Assembly (NCBI RefSeq): GCF_009914755.1
Contig: NC_060927.1
Reading direction: 5' to 3' (one strand)
Length of the DNA stretch: 64,000 nt
From: the human T2T-CHM13v2.0 reference genome, Homo sapiens
Shown here: positions 29,584-45,332 of the stretch, piece after piece
How positions within the stretch are numbered: position 1 is the stretch's first letter
How the letters are laid out: each line of letters begins with the position of its first letter
Translations under genes and position numbers: made by a program
The notes under the pieces: generated by a model
What the model was told of the DNA's origin: nothing
Databases searched by the model: none
What the model saw: only the letters and a program-made list of their open reading frames with translations

Positions 29584-29721
29584 GTAAGTGTCATTTGTCC
29601 CCAACAGCTACTTAAATTTAAGTCTCCCAATTCTCCTTTTTTAGTTTGTGGTAAGATTCAAAGAAAAGGGGAAAGGGCACAGAGATTTCTGTACACAATG
29701 ATTACAGCTATATTAAAAAGG

Positions 29722-30148
29722 ATATTAGGATAGGCTAATTGTTATAATAGAACCCCAAATCTATAATGGCTCAAACACAATAGTTTATTTCTTGCTCATG
29801 TAACAGTACAGGTCAGTGGGGCAACTGTCTTTCATGCATTCATTCAGAGACACAGGTAGAGAGGGGCTTTGCCTTCTGCAGCATGTGGTTTTCAAGGTCG
29901 CCTAGGGGTGTCTCCACTCCTCAGTGCAGTAAGAAAAGAGCATGAAAAAGTGCACATGGGAGTTTTTTATGGGCTCTGCCTAGAAGTGGTGCGTGTTACT
30001 TCTACTCACATTCCATTGGCTAAAACTCCATCACATGACCACAGCTAACCACAGAGGAGTCTGGGAAATGTAGTCCTTGGTGGAGCAGCCACTTAGCAGT
30101 GACAGCTCTGGAGGGGTTTCTGAAGAAGAGGTAGTTCTCTCTGGCACA
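29722..30148. mobile_element. Old MLT1 LTR
   Basis: ACTTCTACTCACATTCCATTGGC...GTCTGGGAAATGTAGTC. Confidence 0.7.
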
Positions 30149-30615
30149 GCACATAAAAGAAACTTGGAGATACTCAAGGATAAAGTTGCATAGAAACAGT
30201 GGGAGAAGTAAACAATTATCCACATTTAGGTTTTCCTGACTGACACTCTTAGGTAACATCTGGCCATGAGGGCAAGATGCAATGGATGAGATTTCTCAAC
30301 ACCTCTGTCCATTATGACCCTAAGCATCATGTTGCCCATGGCCAGTGAACCATGAAGGACATTTTCCTTATTTCCTTTTACTTATTTTTCCTCTCAGGAT
30401 CCTCTTGGTCTAGGACTATACTGGCTTTCTCTTCTTCCTGGATCTAGTCATATTAGTTGGAATTGTGACAGAATTCTGCTCCCCCAACTATGAGCCCCAG
30501 TGGTCTATAGGAAAGCTCTTGACTTCCTTAGCTCGTAGTTTTCTCTGCTACTGGAGGCTTTGGAAATGTATCCTACAGGATCTGCTCCAGGTCTTGGGAC
30601 ATTTGATCAGGGTGA

Positions 30616-31295
<680 letters not shown>

Positions 31296-31822
31296 TAAAA
31301 GTAGACTAAAAAGTCTCAGGCTGGGGCTATTAATGCTACCCCAAAAGATGTGATATATATGTCTAGCTTTTTATTTTCAGGAAAAGTTTCAAAACATTTA
31401 CTGAAATAATAAGTGGTAAAGTTGTAAGCTCTGTTTGGAGAACTTTTAATAAGTTTAACATTTTATGTAACCTTCTAACCATTGTTGATGTTGGTGAAGT
31501 ATTCCCCTCATTCGTAAATATAAACCATATGATGGGTGCCTTGTGATGCCCCAGACTTAAAGGTGTGAAATAAAAATGAACTCAAGTCTTTGCCTGAGGT
31601 GCCTGGTACCTAGTTCTCTAGTTTTGTCAATATCTGACTAAACACTCTGGTTTCTGATTGACTTTTGCCCCTGGACTTGACCTTTCTGGCACCCACATCC
31701 ACACCCTGAAGAGCATGTATTGTCTGTTGTGTGGGGATACCTGTTACTGGCCAATTTGCCACAGCTTCTCAGATATCTGACAGAGGCTGATGCCTGGCCT
31801 ACTCTCCTGTTATGGCTGCCTA

Positions 31823-32476
<654 letters not shown>

Positions 32477-33490
32477 TCAACATCAGGGTCCATTCATGTG
32501 GGAGAATGGCTAATCACAGCTTGCTAATTTCAACTACCATCTGTTATGACTCCTCAAAGCACTAAGTATGCAGTAGTTGACATATGAATGGTGTTAGGGT
32601 TGGGGGAGGGGGCCAGCCTCCTGATTTCTAATTTCTAGCTGCATATTACTACAGGAAGGGGAGTAAGACCACCACATCAGGTACCAGAATTTCACTACTG
32701 TCAACACTTTGTGTTTGAAAGAAAGCCATAGATCCCTGTGACCACTGGATGCTGAGTGACCTCACAGACAACATCAGCAAAGCAGGATTGTGTACAAACA
32801 CACATTTTGTAAATATTTTGATATTTGACATTTCAAAAAAAGCATCAAAGTAGACAGCCTGGGAAAAGTTAGACTTTGTTGAGCTTTCTCAACCTTAATT
32901 TTGTATTTTGTTATTTTTTTCTATTTTAATTTCACATGGGAGTAATAATTCAAATTTGAGGCACTATAGTCTTTTCAGAGCTTAGGTCATCTAAAGATCT
33001 GAGCCTGGCCTTGTTGAGCCATGATGAGCAGATGTGGACTGAGCACACAGTCTCACACAGGCAGCTCTTACACTAGTTGAGTATTTTAATCCCTGAGGTT
33101 TTAGAATTGTCATAGCACAGGTGTGCAAGCTCCTTTCTCCCCATGGGTCAGCATCATGAATGTTCTGTCACTCTCCTTAGAGAGTTTTGCAGAAATACCA
33201 CATCATATTCACCAAAACTAAGAATTCATAGTAATAGGGCTTTATAATTTCTCACACTGAAATCCCCTAATTTCTTGTCAAGAACCAAGTTGGAAAATAC
33301 CACACTTCAGGGTTTTGTTTTTAACTCAAGAAGCTTCTGGTTTTCATCAGAACTTTAAAGCTCCCTCCTACCTCCAAAATAGTATTGTTAGAAAATGTAA
33401 TGCTGAGACTCTGTCAGAATAAGTAGGTGATATATGCAAAATGATATGGGCAACTTAGAAAAGTGCATGTCAAGGTAAACTGCTGATAAA

Positions 33491-33773
33491 GGCCGGGAGT
33501 GGTGGCTCACACCGGAAATCCCAGCACTTTGGGAGGCTGAGGTGCGCAGATTGCTTGAGGCCAGGAGTTCAAGACCAGCCCAGCCAAAATCGTGAAGCCC
33601 TGCCTCTACTAAAAATACAAAAATTAGCTGGGCTTGGTGGCACATGCCTGTAATCCCAGCTTCTTGGGAGGCTGAGGTATGAGAATTGGTTGAACCCAGG
33701 AGGCGGAGGTTGTGGTGAGCCACGACTGGGCCACTGTACTCCAGCCTAGGCAACAGAGGAAAAAAAAAAAAAA
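33491..33773 (+). mobile_element. Alu
   Basis: Full Alu; imperfect TSD ending in TGATAAA. Confidence 0.9.
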
Positions 33774-35799
33774 GTGTTGATAAAAAATAATCATCATAAT
33801 TATGGTCAGTATTGGTGCTTTGACTTTTGATATTGTTATTATCATTATTTTAAAGATTTTTTTGTCTTTCTAAATTGACTTTCATCTGGGAGCCTTAGCA
33901 TCACTTCTAACTAGCCAAAGCATGTTTGATTGTAGGCCAGACTCCCCATGGAGAGGCTTCTGATCTTATTCACAGGGACATTTAACCTGGGGTTCACTGA
34001 AACCTTTGAGGAATGATGGATGAGTCATCTCTCTGCCAAAAGAAGATGATTCCTGGCATTCTATGGGGCTCCCAGTGCATTGGGATAAGGAGGCTTGGAA
34101 ACTCCTCCACGGAGGCATTGACCTTGGGTAGTGCCTTCCAAGCCAGAGTGGAGAGAGTGGACCCCTCATCTTTGTCCAAAAGAGCATTAGTATAACCCCT
34201 CACCCCAACCCCACCCCATTCTCTCCTTTTTAAAAAGAGAGAAGAATATATACAAGAAAAAAATTGGAAAAAATACATCAAAATGTTAAAAATTGTTGAG
34301 ATGGTATTTTATGTGGTGTTTTGCCCCCATTTAACATTATGTTGTAAACATTTTACCAAATCACTAGATGGTCTTTGAAAACATGATTTTTAATGGCTCT
34401 ATTTCCATTGCACTGATACATTTTAATGTATCAGTTTTTTGTTGTTGGACATTTTGATTCACTTTAGTGTTCTACTATTTTTAAAGTTTCTAATGCATAT
34501 TGGTGAATTGGCCCCTAGAAAGGTACGAATGTCTATTTCAAAACCTTGGTCTTTTTTAGTTTCTCACATTAAAATGCATGCTGCTAGGCCCCAGTGGTAT
34601 TGGAAGCTCTGAGGAGGAGCCTGGGGATATGCATTTTAACCTGCCCTCCCAATTCTTCTGCATTAATGCCTGAGAACTATTGACATGCTGCATTCAGTTC
34701 AACAAATATTCAGTTGGCAAACATTTATTAGACAAAAAAAATTAGGAAACTCTGAGCTAGTATGTCTATGCCAGAATTTAACTTAAAGTCTTTTTTTGGC
34801 TTCTGATTTTTAGATTTTCCTTTAACTGTAATATGATGTAGTAAAAAGATTATTAGCTAGGGAATCAAGAAACCATATTGTACACATGAAATCACTGAGG
34901 CCCATAATGGTTCATTTACTTCCTGGTGGTCACTCAGAGATTTAATGGCAAAGGTTGAACTAGACAAAGGGCCCAGAGTCACCCAACCTTTAGGTAAGAG
35001 ACAAAAGGCGCCAATGAGAAGATTCACTCCTGAGGCAACGCCCTGCCTCAGCCAAGGAGCTCTTACCTGCCCTCAGATAGGCATGCCCGTACTTCAAGAC
35101 ACTCTTGGGCAGCCTAGACCTAGCAAGGGGCCCACGTGCCCATCTTGGTCACCTAATGGGGCCAGACTGTGGTGTGCCCTGATCCCTGAGGTGGTAGCAC
35201 TGAAGAAGCTGGACCCAGGAGGACAGAGGGCAGCCGTGCAGGCAGCATCCATGTGATCAGCATCACAAGAGCAGAGTAGGAGGTGGGATCTGGGGTCAGA
35301 AACCAAGACAGCGGAGCAGGGTCAGGGCAAGTGCCAGACTAAAATATGTGGGCAAATTTGAGGTCAAGGCAGGGATGAGTTGAAAGGAAGACAAGCAAGA
35401 GCTAGAGGGGAACTGCTGAGGATTTGGCCTCAAGGATGGAGTCCCACTGTGTGACCTCACAGTCAGGGGAGGTACCTGCCCCAAGCCGTGCCTGCCTTTT
35501 TAAATCTGAAAGGTGCTGTGTGCTGGGCTGCCTTCTGACAGCAGGAGAGTAGGAGCACAGCCTGAGAGGCGGCAGGCCAGAGCAGGAGGAACCTGAAAAT
35601 GGAAATTTAGGAAACAATGGAAAAAACAATTATAGCAACAAAAAACCATTTTCTTTAAACTCTCACCATCCTCTAAGAGGAAGTCTGACTATTCATCCTG
35701 CCTGCATAACCCTGCTGAAACCCATCAACCCACACCCACTGATCACCTGACAGTGTCTGACTGCCCGGCTTCCTCTCATCCCACCACCTCAATTTCCAG

Positions 35800-36950
35800 A
35801 GCCCACCAAGGCATCACTTGACTTTCAAGTTCTGCCTGGACAGACTGCTCAGCTCCCTACCCGCCCCAGTTCACGTTCAGGTTCTTGAAATCAACTTTAG
35901 TTTCCTCCATGCCTACATCTATGCTGATCCCCTGCAAAGGCACCTGGTGACACACAAGAGCCAGAACCCAAAGGAGCTCCTCCACAGGATCCTCCCAGGG
36001 CTTAGCCACCAGGGAATTTTGTTGATGATCCCCAAGCTTCACTGCCCCATGCAAGTCTCCATTATCTCAAGGTTATCCCTGTTCAGGATCACTACTCTCC
36101 TGATTCTTGGCCTCCTAGTCCAAACTCATGGCTCCAGGGTCATGATGAGTAAGAGTTCTGGAAAAGTCTACAACCTCCCTTGAACCAGAGGTACCTTGAA
36201 TCAGATGGAGGGTGACTTTCCAAGAATGCCTGGGCCGGTTCAAGTCTTCACTATAATGTTTGCCTTATGTAAAACCCATCACCTTGTTGTCCTGCACAAC
36301 TTTCTTGAGTGAAGCACCTCTGATACTCAGATGACATTCTAATTGCTCACGAGACCTGGACCCCTGGGCCAGGAAAGCCCATGTGGTGGTGACAGCAGTG
36401 CTTCCAAATCTCACCCACAGGAGACAAAAATAGGAGTTCCATGGCATCCAGACAAGGTGTCCACATGCTGCTGGAGAGTCTTGGGTGGTCACAGAGTACA
36501 AAGTTCAAGGGCAAAGATTGTTCAGTGGGTCCCAAGATTTGACAAGTGCTACTGGTGGTCCCACCCTTGCCTCTCTACATTGATTCCATGTCCCACTTCC
36601 TCTCACACTATGCTGATAACGATCTAACCTGAGAAATTAAAAGTATTCACACAGCCTCTGGCCAAAGCTACAGGAAGACCCTGGCCCAGGCAAACTCTGT
36701 TCCTGCCCCACAGCTGTCATTTCACCTGCCCTACCCCATGGGAGCATGTACCACTGGTATCAAGTCTTCCTGCTGGGCCAAGAGGCACTGCCTCAAAGAG
36801 GCCCAGCATCCCCAGATAGCAATGTCCCACCACTGCAGTCAGGAGCAACTGGGCAAACCCAAAGACTCAGCCCCCCCATCCAGAAAGACCATCCCATTTT
36901 CCATCGCCTAAGTGCCAGACAGCCCAAACTGCTGTGTAGACAGCTACCAG
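35800..36950 (+). mobile_element. Decayed LTR-retroelement pol (reverse transcriptase) relic, Ty3/Gypsy-like
   Basis: RMP-G (~36224), YSDDILIAHETW (36324-36359) and HPDK...LGGHRV (~36445-36497) occur in RT order across frameshifts. Confidence 0.5.
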
Positions 36951-37086
36951 GAAAACTGGAGCAATGAGAGACATCTGAGGTCACCCCAGCTAAGCTCAGA
37001 AGGCCACAGAGCTTAACTGCCTTCTTGACTGTGGCCCATCAAAAGGAGCCCGACACATCTAGTAGATGGCTTAAATAAAAAATACT

Positions 37087-38200
37087 GAGGTTACCAAATG
37101 CTGGCAAACATGTGGGGACACTGGATCTCTCCTACATTGCCTGTAGGAATGTAAAATGGTACAGCCACTCTAGGAAACTGTTTGGCAGTTTCTTATAAAA
37201 GTTAAACATATACTTACCACGTGATCCAGCAATCCTACTCATGGGTATTTACACAAGAGAAATGAAAACTTATGTTCACGCAATAAACTTTACATGAACA
37301 TTTATAGCAGCTTTATTTGTAATACCTAAAAACTGGAAAATAGCCAAATGTTTTTCAGCAAGTTAGTGGGTAACACACTGGTACATCCACACCTTGAAAT
37401 ACTATTCAGCAATAAAAAGGCATGTGCTCTTTACATACAATTCAAATGGATCACAAGGGCATTATGCTGAAAGCCAATCTCAAAGAGTTATATGCTACAT
37501 GATTCCATTTAGAGAACGTTCTTGGACTGACAAAATCACAGTGATAGGCCATGCACGGTGGCTCATGCTTGTAATCCCAGCACTTTGGGAGGCTGAGGCA
37601 GGAGTGCCCAGGAGTTCGAGACCAGCCAGGGTAACACAGGGAGACCCGCATCTCTACAAAAATTTACAAAACTAGCGGGATATGTGGGCGTGCACCTGTG
37701 GTCTCAGCTACTTGAGAGGCTGAGATGGGAAGACTGCTTGAGCCCAGGAGTTTGAGGCTGCAGTAAGCCATGATTTTGCCATTGCACCCCCAGCCTGGGT
37801 GACAGAGCGAGACCCTGTCTCAACAAGCAAAAAAAAAAAAAAATTACAGTGATAGAGAACAGATCAGTGGTTGTCAGGATGGGTGTGATTATCAGAGGAG
37901 GAGCACAGGGAACTGTGGTGGTGACTATTCTCTATTCTGATGGTGATGGTCATCACTCCAGCCTGCACATGTGATACGTTGCATAGAACTGTAGACATAC
38001 AGGTACACACACACACACACACAGAGTGCATGTAAAAACTGGTAAAATCACATAAGACTGTATCTGCGTTTATTTGAACTATACCAGCATCTGTTTCTTG
38101 GTTTAGCCCAAGTACTACAGCGATGTAAGACAACACTGGGGGAAGGTGGAGAAAGTAGACACTGTATAACTTCTTGTACGTCTTATGCTATTTCACAAAA
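37087..38200 (+). mobile_element. L1M 3' region with nested AluJ
   Basis: GGAATGTAAAATGGTACAGCCACTCT...CCAGCAATCCTACTC. Confidence 0.85.
37547..37843 (+). mobile_element. AluJ
   Basis: TSD AAAATCACAGTGATA / AAAATTACAGTGATA. Confidence 0.9.
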
Positions 38201-41069
38201 AAGGTATTAAAACTTTTTAAAAGTTGTTAAAACTATGTTTAAAACAGGGTTCTCCCACCTTGAGGAGGGGGATTTATCCCCTGGCTTCCCCTTTATGAGC
38301 AACTCCTACTATTTATTTTGCCGCCTTCTAACTTGTGGTTTGAAGTCTACAATGTCCTGCTGGCTTTGGCCGCACCCTCTGCTTCTCAGAGACTGACAGC
38401 CCATCTCGGATGGAATCAAAGCTCAAGTATGCCAGCAATGAATGTGAATGTGCCCCATTTACCCCTCCCTGAGACCATAACTTCAAAGCTAGGTAGATTC
38501 AGATCTAAGAAATGGTCTCATGGTGAAAATCAAGGACAAATCATCCTTCTCGCCCCTGTGCAGTAATTTCTTTTCTGGAATGGCTCTTTGCTCTGCTCTT
38601 CATACAGATTACACTCTTCACCTTCACCAAATGGGCCCTCCTTTAATGGAAGGAGATTAACCCTTCTTTGCCCCCTTTCAATCTCATTCAGCTGAGGGCT
38701 TTCTTTTAACAGCGCTGCTGTCTCTGGGCCTTGTGCCACAGCTGAATGCTACAGAGTGAGATGGCTGCCTTCTCTTTGAAGCATTTACGTCCCTGTCAAA
38801 TACCTTTTTGCCAGACTTGGCCCTGGAAAGACAGTTTTGAAATTAAATTTATTGTGAGCTGCCTGGGTTGGCAGTATGGAATTGCACAAGGCCATGGGCA
38901 TTTAGGTCAAGAGGGACTTGCTGCACTCACCACCTTGGGAGCCCTATCTTAATGAAACTCGAGCTGTATTTACTCCCAGGTTCTGCAGAGGAGTCCCCAG
39001 CATCACCTAAGATGGAGGCTGAGCATATGGGCTGAAGTCTATGCGGCATCCTGTCCGGATGTGACAATACACTCACAATCCACTGCTACCCCAGGACTGG
39101 CCTCAGCCTCCAGCTTCCAACTGTGCCTTAGTTATTAGAGGGACTCAACTCAAGAGACCATGATGAGAGGGACAGCGGTGCTCATTTCTCGGGCCTGGCT
39201 GTGAGTTGGCAACCAGGATCGTGTGCTAGAAAGGTGACAATTTTAATCGCTGACTTTCCGTAGTCGTTGGTGAATCTCGTAGTTTTGCACCTTTTAGTTT
39301 CAAAACCATACTGAACAACGGAAAATGAAACCTGCAGCTTATTTTTAGCCGTTCATGCTAAATCATGAGATTTTTCTTTGCAAACCAAAGAGGATAAAGG
39401 CTACTTCAGCAGGCTAAACTTAGTCAATTGACTTAATATAGCAATCAAGTCTGGTTCTCTGACAAGTCTCAAGTGACATTGAGAAGTTTCAGGTGATATT
39501 TTGGCCAACATTGACTATTTTGCTTAAAATTATATTTAGTTGAGTTTTGTTTTTAGTTAAACAAATGTAGTATGATATTTTCATCTGAGAGGAATTGGAA
39601 AACATATTATAAACCCTCCATTCTGTCATTTAGTCATTAATTCAATTAACCTATAACTATTTTTAAGTATCTGACAGCTTAGAATTTTTTTTAATTGAGT
39701 CAGTGTGTTGAATTACAAAGAGCAGAATGCTAGAAATTAAGGAATATGGCTTCTATGCTCATTGATGAGGCATTTATGTAAATATGACACTTACTCTCTT
39801 TGAACCTAATTTTCTTCTCCCTCAAAGAAATGGTTTAGATGGCATTTTCTAAAGCGTCTTCCTTGTCCTTTAATTCTGTGAAACACGCTCTGCCACTGAG
39901 GGCCTGAGGAAATGTTGAGGTATTCTTTGGGGGCTGTGGCAGTGTTGTCAGGCCACTCTTATTTCTGTCTCCTCTTTCCCTGTTCTAGGAGAGACAGGTT
40001 TACACAAAGCACTGTGGTCTGCTTGCCAGACAACTTGTGGCTCCCCTTGGTAAACAAGTGATTAAGTGCTTGAAAGATTTTCATAGAGATTTTCAGCCCC
40101 CAAGCCCATTCCTTAACTCCTGAAGCAAGTACTTTAACTTTAGGAAGTGGCTTCATGATACAAAGCTGAGGATCCCACTGGTAGTGGTAGAGAAAGGACT
40201 CCGGAGTTTGATGTTGGTGAGTCCAAAACATCCTCAGTGAGCCTCTCCATGGTGTTAGGAAATGCTCTAGTGCCCTGGAAGATACAAAGATCTTGCAGGA
40301 AGCAAGCCAGAGACGTGGGCTTAGGTAGATAATTCAATACAACCAAAATGCATTGTGTTTTTTTCTTTAGTCGAAAGGAGTTAAAGACTCACTGAGGTTT
40401 GTTAAGCTTCTCTGACTGAGAAGAGGTGCATTGTTGTGGCCCTTTCTGAGCTGCAATGTCATGTATCTGAGAGAAGAGAAAGCAAGTAAATTTATTCCCA
40501 GGTTTAAGTCTTGAAATATTTGTTGCCCAGGGTGTGAAGAAAGATATAAAGAGAAGATTATGCTCTCACATGAGGTGGATTTTTATGGATCTGTAAGAAT
40601 TCTTACTTTTTTACCTTCATTTATATCCCCACCTTCCCTTTTCAGCCTAGTTGCCAGTCTCTCCAAAAAGATGAAACTCTACTTCCTTGCTGAATGTGTT
40701 TTGCCAATTCAGAATCTAGAAGGCCCTGTTGTTTCACTTGCTCTCCATCTGGTGCGTGACAAGCAGTCATGGCAGAAAATGAGCATGTGATTGGGTAGTA
40801 GGAATGGGCACTCAAGGTCATTACTCATGCCATGTTTCAAATGCACTGATGCACTGAGAAATGAAAGCAGCAACTATTCAGTTGCTAAAGCCGAGGTAGT
40901 GATTTCCATAATGGTGGTGACACCTGTTGAGGATGCTCCCACCAGAGGATTTGAGTTGGGTTAGGATGGGTTGAGATGTTGTCTACCACAGTCTGCCTTG
41001 CAGCCTATGTCATTTGCCACTTTTCCTTTGTTAAAAAACACATGGTTTACAGTTCCCTTTTCCTTCCAG

Positions 41070-41132
41070 CTCTTTCCTGGAGAGTAACCCCAGTTTGGTC
41101 CACAAGGCTTGCTGCCCAATCTTTGCCAACAG
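41070..41132 (+). other. ZBTB38: ZBTB38 5'UTR exon (63 nt)
   Basis: Acceptor TTCCCTTTTCCTTCCAG|CTC; donor CAG|GTATGT. Confidence 0.8.
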
Positions 41133-41753
41133 GTATGTACTCCTTTCTCATGTCCTACACAGATGCTAATGGATGGACGTGAGGATGCTCATGTCTAAGA
41201 ACTGGAGAAGGTTTCCTGGAGTTCAGAATCCTCAAGCATATCATTCACCCAACCCTTCATTCTACTACCTATGAGCGTTGAGCAAGATAGTCTTCCTCTC
41301 CTATTCCCAGGTAGGGTGGAGCTGGTGGATTAGAAAGCCCCCTTTGAGAGCCATCTTGTTGGCATATACAATTACTGCAAATGAAGCAGGATAGTCAGCT
41401 GGCCACCTACACCAGAAGACAGGAGACTTGGAGTCCAGCTCTTGGCCTACTTGACCTAGAAAACAAGCTGGGCTTGATTTTTTAGAATCACAAACTTTTA
41501 GAACTGGAAGGGACCTGAGACAGAGGCAAAATGAACAGATGTTAACAAACAGAGTCATTAAAATGATTTTAGTGTTTAAATCATTTTAATGATAAAATAA
41601 AGCAGTAAATTTGGTTGAGGAAAATCTCTTACTTCAAAATTAGGCTTTTTAAAATTCCATTTAAAAATATGTTGGAAAAAAATCATAATAGCTACTTAGG
41701 TTATCTGTTCAGGAGAAAAATACTATTTGTGAGTTGAAAGTAGGTCAGTTTTA

Positions 41754-41892
41754 GCCGGGCACAGTGTTATGAGCCTATAATCCTAGCTACTCAGGAGGCT
41801 GAGGCGGGAGAATCGACTGAGAGTTCAAGTCCCACCTGGGCAACATAGCGAGACTCTGTCTCAAGAGAACCCAAAACCAAACAAACAAAAGA
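41754..41892 (+). mobile_element. Alu monomer (FLAM/FAM-like)
   Basis: Single ~110-nt arm followed by an A-rich tail. Confidence 0.75.
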
Positions 41893-44800
41893 GAACAGGC
41901 TACTCTGATTGTTACACTGATTTTTCTTTAACTGATCATTTAGAGTAGAACACTCTAACAACCTGATAACAAATTTATTCACAAATGCTGAATACATTGG
42001 GTGTAAAAGGAAACTAGCTATAATTTTTAATATAGTGAAAGGCTGCATTAATAATAAACTCACTTATGAAGTGTGTGATCTTGGGCAAATCGTTGTATCT
42101 CTCTCGGCCTGTTTGGTCACCTGTGAGAGGGAAAAAACTAGACTCCACTAGGTTTTAATAAATACATTTCAAGTGGAAATGTATTTATTAAAATAAACAT
42201 TCCATCTGAAATATATTTATGTCATTTATTTTCATTTATTTTGCCTCATAAAATATTTTTTGAATTATGGCAAATCTCCCACTAAAATATTTACTCTGCT
42301 TTCTACACTTAACTTTCCAACATGGTCCATCTGATTCCTCCTCTTTCATTGTGTCTTTTCCACCTGCTGGGCCCAGCCTGTCTCCAGCTGGTGGCATCCT
42401 AGGTTCCCACAGTTCCCAGGGCCTGGAGGGTAGAGGCTGATTCATATGAACAGAGGTAGTCAGGGCTCCAAGGAGATAGAGTCCTCTACCAGGTGTCTGC
42501 ACAATAATAAGATTACTGACATCAGGGATGGAGTGTGGACGTAGGAGGAAGTTTTATCCTCTTAGGACTGGTGGAAAGACGTAGACTTTGCAATCAATCA
42601 AACTTAGGTTTGAATCCTAAGTCTGCTATTTACTGTGTGTAATCTCTATTAGTTCCTCACCTAAAATTGAAGGTACTCAGTTTGCAGGATTATTGGGTTA
42701 GAATGAAATAAACATTGGACGTGTAGCTAAAATATTGAGTATGTAGTAGGTTCTCCATAAGGGCAGCTAGTGTAGACTTTTTAGCTCTGATCAATGTGGA
42801 AGGCAGAAGTTCCTGCCCAGGTCTCTAGGCAAGATGTAGATGTTCAAAGTAGCTTTGAACTTTCTCAAAAATCCAAAGGCATTTTTGGTCATTTGTAAAT
42901 TAAATCACCATGTTGTTTCCAGGACTAAATACGCTATAGACAGATGTAATAACCAACCTCATTAAAAAATCTTAAACTTTTTAAATATTAAGAATTTAAA
43001 CAAAAGTGTATTTGGTAAACACTTTTATTTTTCTTTTAATTTCAATTGGAATAGCCTAACCTGACAACAATGTACCCACAAATGTTGACTACCTCTATTA
43101 GGTGTAAAAAGAACCCAGCTGTAATGTTTAATGTGGTGAATGGCATAAAGGAACATGCAAACTGATCCAAATGTTTATAAACCAAGTATTCCTCTGGGAC
43201 TCAGTGCCCTGACTTTATGTTTTTTAAAACATAGAGAGTCAAGCTTTGTTCATACTTGAATTATGTACATTGCATTAGCCGTGCAATTTAACTTTAACCC
43301 ACAGGACTGCAAAGAAAATTAGCTCAGCCTGCAGAACAACGAGACCACGAGCAAGTAAGCACGTTAATCAAAGTGAAAGGCTCACCCCTCACGTCTAGCT
43401 CCGTCCTTCTCCAGCCTGTGCCTGCCAGATTATTTCGGGTTCCTCGTGTTTGACTCGTCAAAGTGGCAGAAACAGGCTAAAATGTTCACTGTGGAAAAGG
43501 GATTTGCCTTTTAAATTAATGTTTGTGCACATGCCCCGAGGAGGCTGATGAGAAGCACGCAATTTTTTTAAATCATAAGTGAATGCATACCCTTGCCACT
43601 AGTAATCATGACAAAGCTTAAGTAATTCAGGCATGGGCATGGTTTTCTGAAAGTATAAAACAGGATTTACTAGTTGAGAATGTCTGCCTAAACAAGCTCA
43701 TTGCTTTGAATATTTTCAACTATAGTTCACATTTGTTTAACCCGAGCAGGTCTGGTAAACGTACCACGTTTACTGATTGAGTGTCTTGGAACATCACAAA
43801 ATAAACCAATACATGGCTTTTAGGCTAGTTTTGACAGAGGGTGGACAGAGAACCCCACAGGGGGTTTGGAAACTGCCCTGGCATCTGGCTTACAAGTACC
43901 AGTAGGGGACCTGACCACATTCACCACCCTTCCCTGTAAAGGGAATAGAACACTATTTACTCATCTCCTGGGAGCCTAATATGGATTACTGTTGTTGTCA
44001 CTGTCATTTATTATTCCCGACAGAGGAGGCAGATGACTTAGTTCTATGTGGTCAGAGTTGATTCCATAACATGTATATTTAGCCTACATGATAATAATTT
44101 GCGAGTATTTTTAAATGAATGTCTAGCTTTCAAACGTCATTGATGGGGAATATCTCAACAGACATGAAGAGCATTCAATGCCTAGGTGTTTGCGTCAACC
44201 TCCTCCCACCCCACTCTAAGGACTCTGCTTCACAGATGACCGTATATTGAATTGGTGCCTTATAACTCAGCGTGATCATCTCTCTAATTCTCGACCCCCA
44301 TGGTAAAGGAGGAATTGGCCTAAGGACACTCCATTCTAATTTTCTGACGCTGTCAATGCTAACCAGAGCTCATAGAGCAATGATGTGGGGGTGGGGAAGA
44401 TGGTTCCACCATTGGTGTGAGACCAGGAGCTACTGTTTTCGTTAGAGCCACATTTATTTCTGGAGTAGTTGTGGGAGAGAGATGTACTCCAAAGAGAAGA
44501 GGACTCTTGCTATGGTTCAGGTATGACCCACCATCTGGACAACTCAACTCAGAGACTTTAAAGTGTATAGGATATAGGAGGGCAGGGTACATTCCATACA
44601 CTAAGCTAAAAATCACTTATGCTCTGGGGCAGGAGATAGCATGAGAGCTAGAAACAAAAGATCCAGTTGTGAAACCTAGTACCTCAGCTAAGGTGTTTGA
44701 ACATATTTTCTCTTTTAAAAAAATTCTGGGGAGCTTCAATGTGTTGCTAACCTGATTATTTTCAGCCAGTCCTTACAGAAGATTGAGGTGCTGGAAAACT

Positions 44801-45292
44801 AGCAACCCCAGAAAATATTAATTCATTTTTGCAAGCGTTAAAATTAACAACAGCATATTCAGTGATGCAATAGGCAATTAAAGACTTTTGGAGAGATAAG
44901 AAGAAGAAAACTATAAATATTATATATTCAAAATCAGTCTCAGCATTTTATAAAAATGTTGGCTTATGTCCAGGATCTAAGGGTGGGGGTGGGTATGGTT
45001 TCTTTGTAGCTATAGAGTGGAAAAGAATCTGTTCTATTTCCTTAAAAATAAAAGACTTCTTGTTTTATACAGCATGGCAAATAAAATGCTTTTTTGTTTT
45101 TTTACCTGCCGGCAGGATCTGGAGGAAATTTTGCTAGCAAGCTATGCTGTTTTCCTCTTTGGGGACCTGGTGACACTGGTTTTGCAGCAAAACCGTATTT
45201 GCTTATTAGGCATTTCTTAAAAATCCTGAATAAGCAGCTCTTTCAACAGTTTTTGTTCCACATGTTAAACATTTCATTGCAATTCGAGCTTT

Positions 45293-45294
<2 letters not shown>

Positions 45295-45327
<33 letters not shown>

Positions 45328-45332
45328 TGTGT
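45295..45332. repeat. (GT)n-GCGC-(GT)n alternating purine-pyrimidine tract
   Basis: Direct reading. Confidence 0.9.
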
